64,000 bases of DNA from Leucoraja ocellata (taxonomy: Eukaryota). Positions within the stretch are counted from its first letter, which is position 1; each line of letters starts with the position of its first letter. Positions 62,037-64,000 of the stretch are shown here, piece by piece. The stretch spans positions 744,001 through 808,000 of the forward strand of contig JAWMAR010000001.1 in the NCBI GenBank assembly GCA_036785375.1. The letters run 5' to 3'. The translations under genes were made by a program, and so were the position numbers. The notes below the pieces were generated by a model. The model did not search any database. It had not been told where the DNA came from and saw only the letters and a program-made list of their open reading frames with translations.

Positions 62037-62690
62037 ATGGTGGCGCCTCGCGGCTGCGGCCCCTGCAGTCCGTCTGCCCTTTTTTTTGTCCCGTTCAATG
62101 TGTAGTTTGCTGTGGTTTTTATACTGTTTTCAACTGTATATATGTGGGGGGCGGGGTGGGGGAAACTTTTAAATCTCTTGCCTGCATGGGAGACCCGACG
62201 TTTTCCCTGTCGGGTCTCCAATGTCGTTGGGGCCTAGCACCGTGGAGCGGCCTTCAGCCGGAATGACCTGGGGGCTCCAGTCGCAGGGCCTGCAGCCTGC
62301 GGACTTACCATCGTGGGGCTGGCCGACCTCGGAGCGTGGGGAGCTGTGGTGGCGTGCGGCTGCGGCCGGACTTCGGGGCTTCGGAGGCTCCATGCAGGCC
62401 TGTGGACGGTGACATCGCCCACCGGGGGCTCCAACTTTAAGGCCCGGAGCAGGAACTTACCATCACCTGCAGGGGCTTTAACATCGGGAGAGGTTGGAGA
62501 GCAGGGGAGAAACAAGACTTTGCCTTCCATCACAGTGAGGAGGAGATTCACTGTGATGGATGTCTGTGTGAATTGAGTTGGTTGTGTGTCTTGTAAAATT
62601 GTTTCTTTTGTTGTATGGCTGCAGAAACCAAAAGTTCCTAACCAAAGTTCCTAACGGAAAAATAAAGTTCATTGAATTGAATTGAATTGA
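62037..62690 (+). mobile_element. GC-rich retroposon 3' region with (ATTGA)n tail, inserted in a CR1 3' end
   Basis: AATAAA followed by attga repeats; host CR1 sequence resumes at about 62691; a similar (ATCA)n-tailed element lies at about 44220-44712. Confidence 0.55.
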
Positions 62691-64000
62691 ACCATGGCTG
62701 ATCTATCTCTCCTTCCTAACCAAATTCTCCTGCCTTCTCCACATAAACTCAGACACCTGTACTAATCAAGAATCTATCTATCTCTGCCTTAAAAATATCC
62801 ACTGACGGCCTCCACAGCCTTCTGTGGCAAATAATTCCTCAGAATCACCACCCTCAGACTAAAGAAATGTCTCCTCACCTCCTTCCTAAAAGAATGTCCT
62901 TTAATGCTGAGGTTATGGGTTCTAGTCCTCGACTCTCCCACTAGTGCAAGGGTTCCCAACCTGGGGTAAATTTACCCCCAGGGACTGTGTTTGGTTCTGG
63001 TATCTGTTCATCATTAGTTGTTCATAAATAAGTGAAATAACATTGTTATGTTCTATTAAAGTTGCCAGGGATAAACAGGAAGTAAATGGTTGGGAACTCC
63101 TGCACTAGTGGAAACATCCTCTCCACATTCACTCTATCCAAGCCTTTCACTATTCTGTATGTTTCAATGAGGTCCACCCTCATTCTTCTAAATGCAGAAG
63201 CTTTAATAGGCAATGTGAAGCATTTAAAGTTCATCTGTGGAGCTCACCTGTTTTCTCCATTCATTGGCAGCGCGCATCCCAAATTATGCATCTTTCCCAT
63301 CATTCAGTTAACGCCTCGGGGAATCAGTTTAAATGTTTTCTTCTAAATTATGTTATATTAGGAGCAATGTTGTGCTGTAGTCACAATAATGGTGGAATTG
63401 GATAAAGATTGCACTGAGAAAAATAACATTTCAGGAGAACCTGTCACAACATGGAATATCACAATTCTGGTCCCCCTAATATAGAAAGGATGTGGAGGCT
63501 TTGAAAATGGTGTAGAGGAGGTTTACCAATATGATGCTAAGGTTAGAGGGTATTTGCTATAAGGAGAGGTTTAACAGACCGGTTGTTTTCTCTGGTTGAT
63601 GGGAGACCTGATAAAGGTATATATAATTATAAGTAGTAGACAGTCAGAAATGTCTGCCCAGGATGGAAATATCAAATACTAGAGGGCATGGCTTTAAAAT
63701 GAGAGGGACAAAATTTAAAGATGTCCAGGGCAAGTTATTTTTAATGCGTGTGTGCCTGGTAAACATTGCCATGGGTGGTGGTGAAGGCAGATACGATAGT
63801 GGTGTTGCAACTTTTGGATAGGCACGTGGACATGCAGAGAATGGAGGCATATGGATCATGTGCAGGCAGATAAGAGTTTGTCTTGGCATCATGTTCATCT
63901 CATAAAATAGTTGACCAAATTGATTTCCTGTGCTGTAAAGTTCTATGCAAGAAGAATACTCTTTAAGCAGAAAATGGGCCATGAATCATTTTTCTTGTCA

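Overview
Eukaryotic vertebrate DNA. The repeat content (CR1/HER1-type LINEs, HE1/V-SINE-like SINEs, DIRS, Harbinger-type MITEs) points to a cartilaginous fish, probably a skate or ray; this is inference. The ORF track misses the main content: three tandem multi-exon genes on the minus strand, reconstructed here from GT-AG splice sites. Each encodes a signal peptide plus a cystatin/cathelin-fold domain resembling secreted phosphoprotein 24 (SPP2). Copy A (CDS 5857->1252, 213 aa) and copy B (26200->21432, 228 aa) carry long Ser/Glu/Lys tails built from duplicated 45/57-nt phase-0 micro-exons full of S-x-E motifs. Copy B is followed by a duplicate of its last two exons (18966->18773). Copy C (43465->40826) has a 40-nt frame-shifting micro-exon that re-reads the acidic micro-exon in another frame, giving the tail MRARR-MPLRQVYKRVKQVKRIVG-stop: a furin-type site followed by a cationic, amphipathic, Gly-terminated peptide, i.e. 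a cathelicidin-like precursor layout. The rest is transposon-rich: a near full-length DIRS retrotransposon with ITR/ICR termini (54128-58960), a 7.4-kb nested LINE block, an L1 with a 16-bp TSD, a hAT element with an 8-bp TSD, Harbinger-like MITEs, tandem Helitron-like elements, an LTR with PBS, and a 29-bp minisatellite. All gene models are manual predictions without transcript evidence, and many repeat boundaries are approximate.
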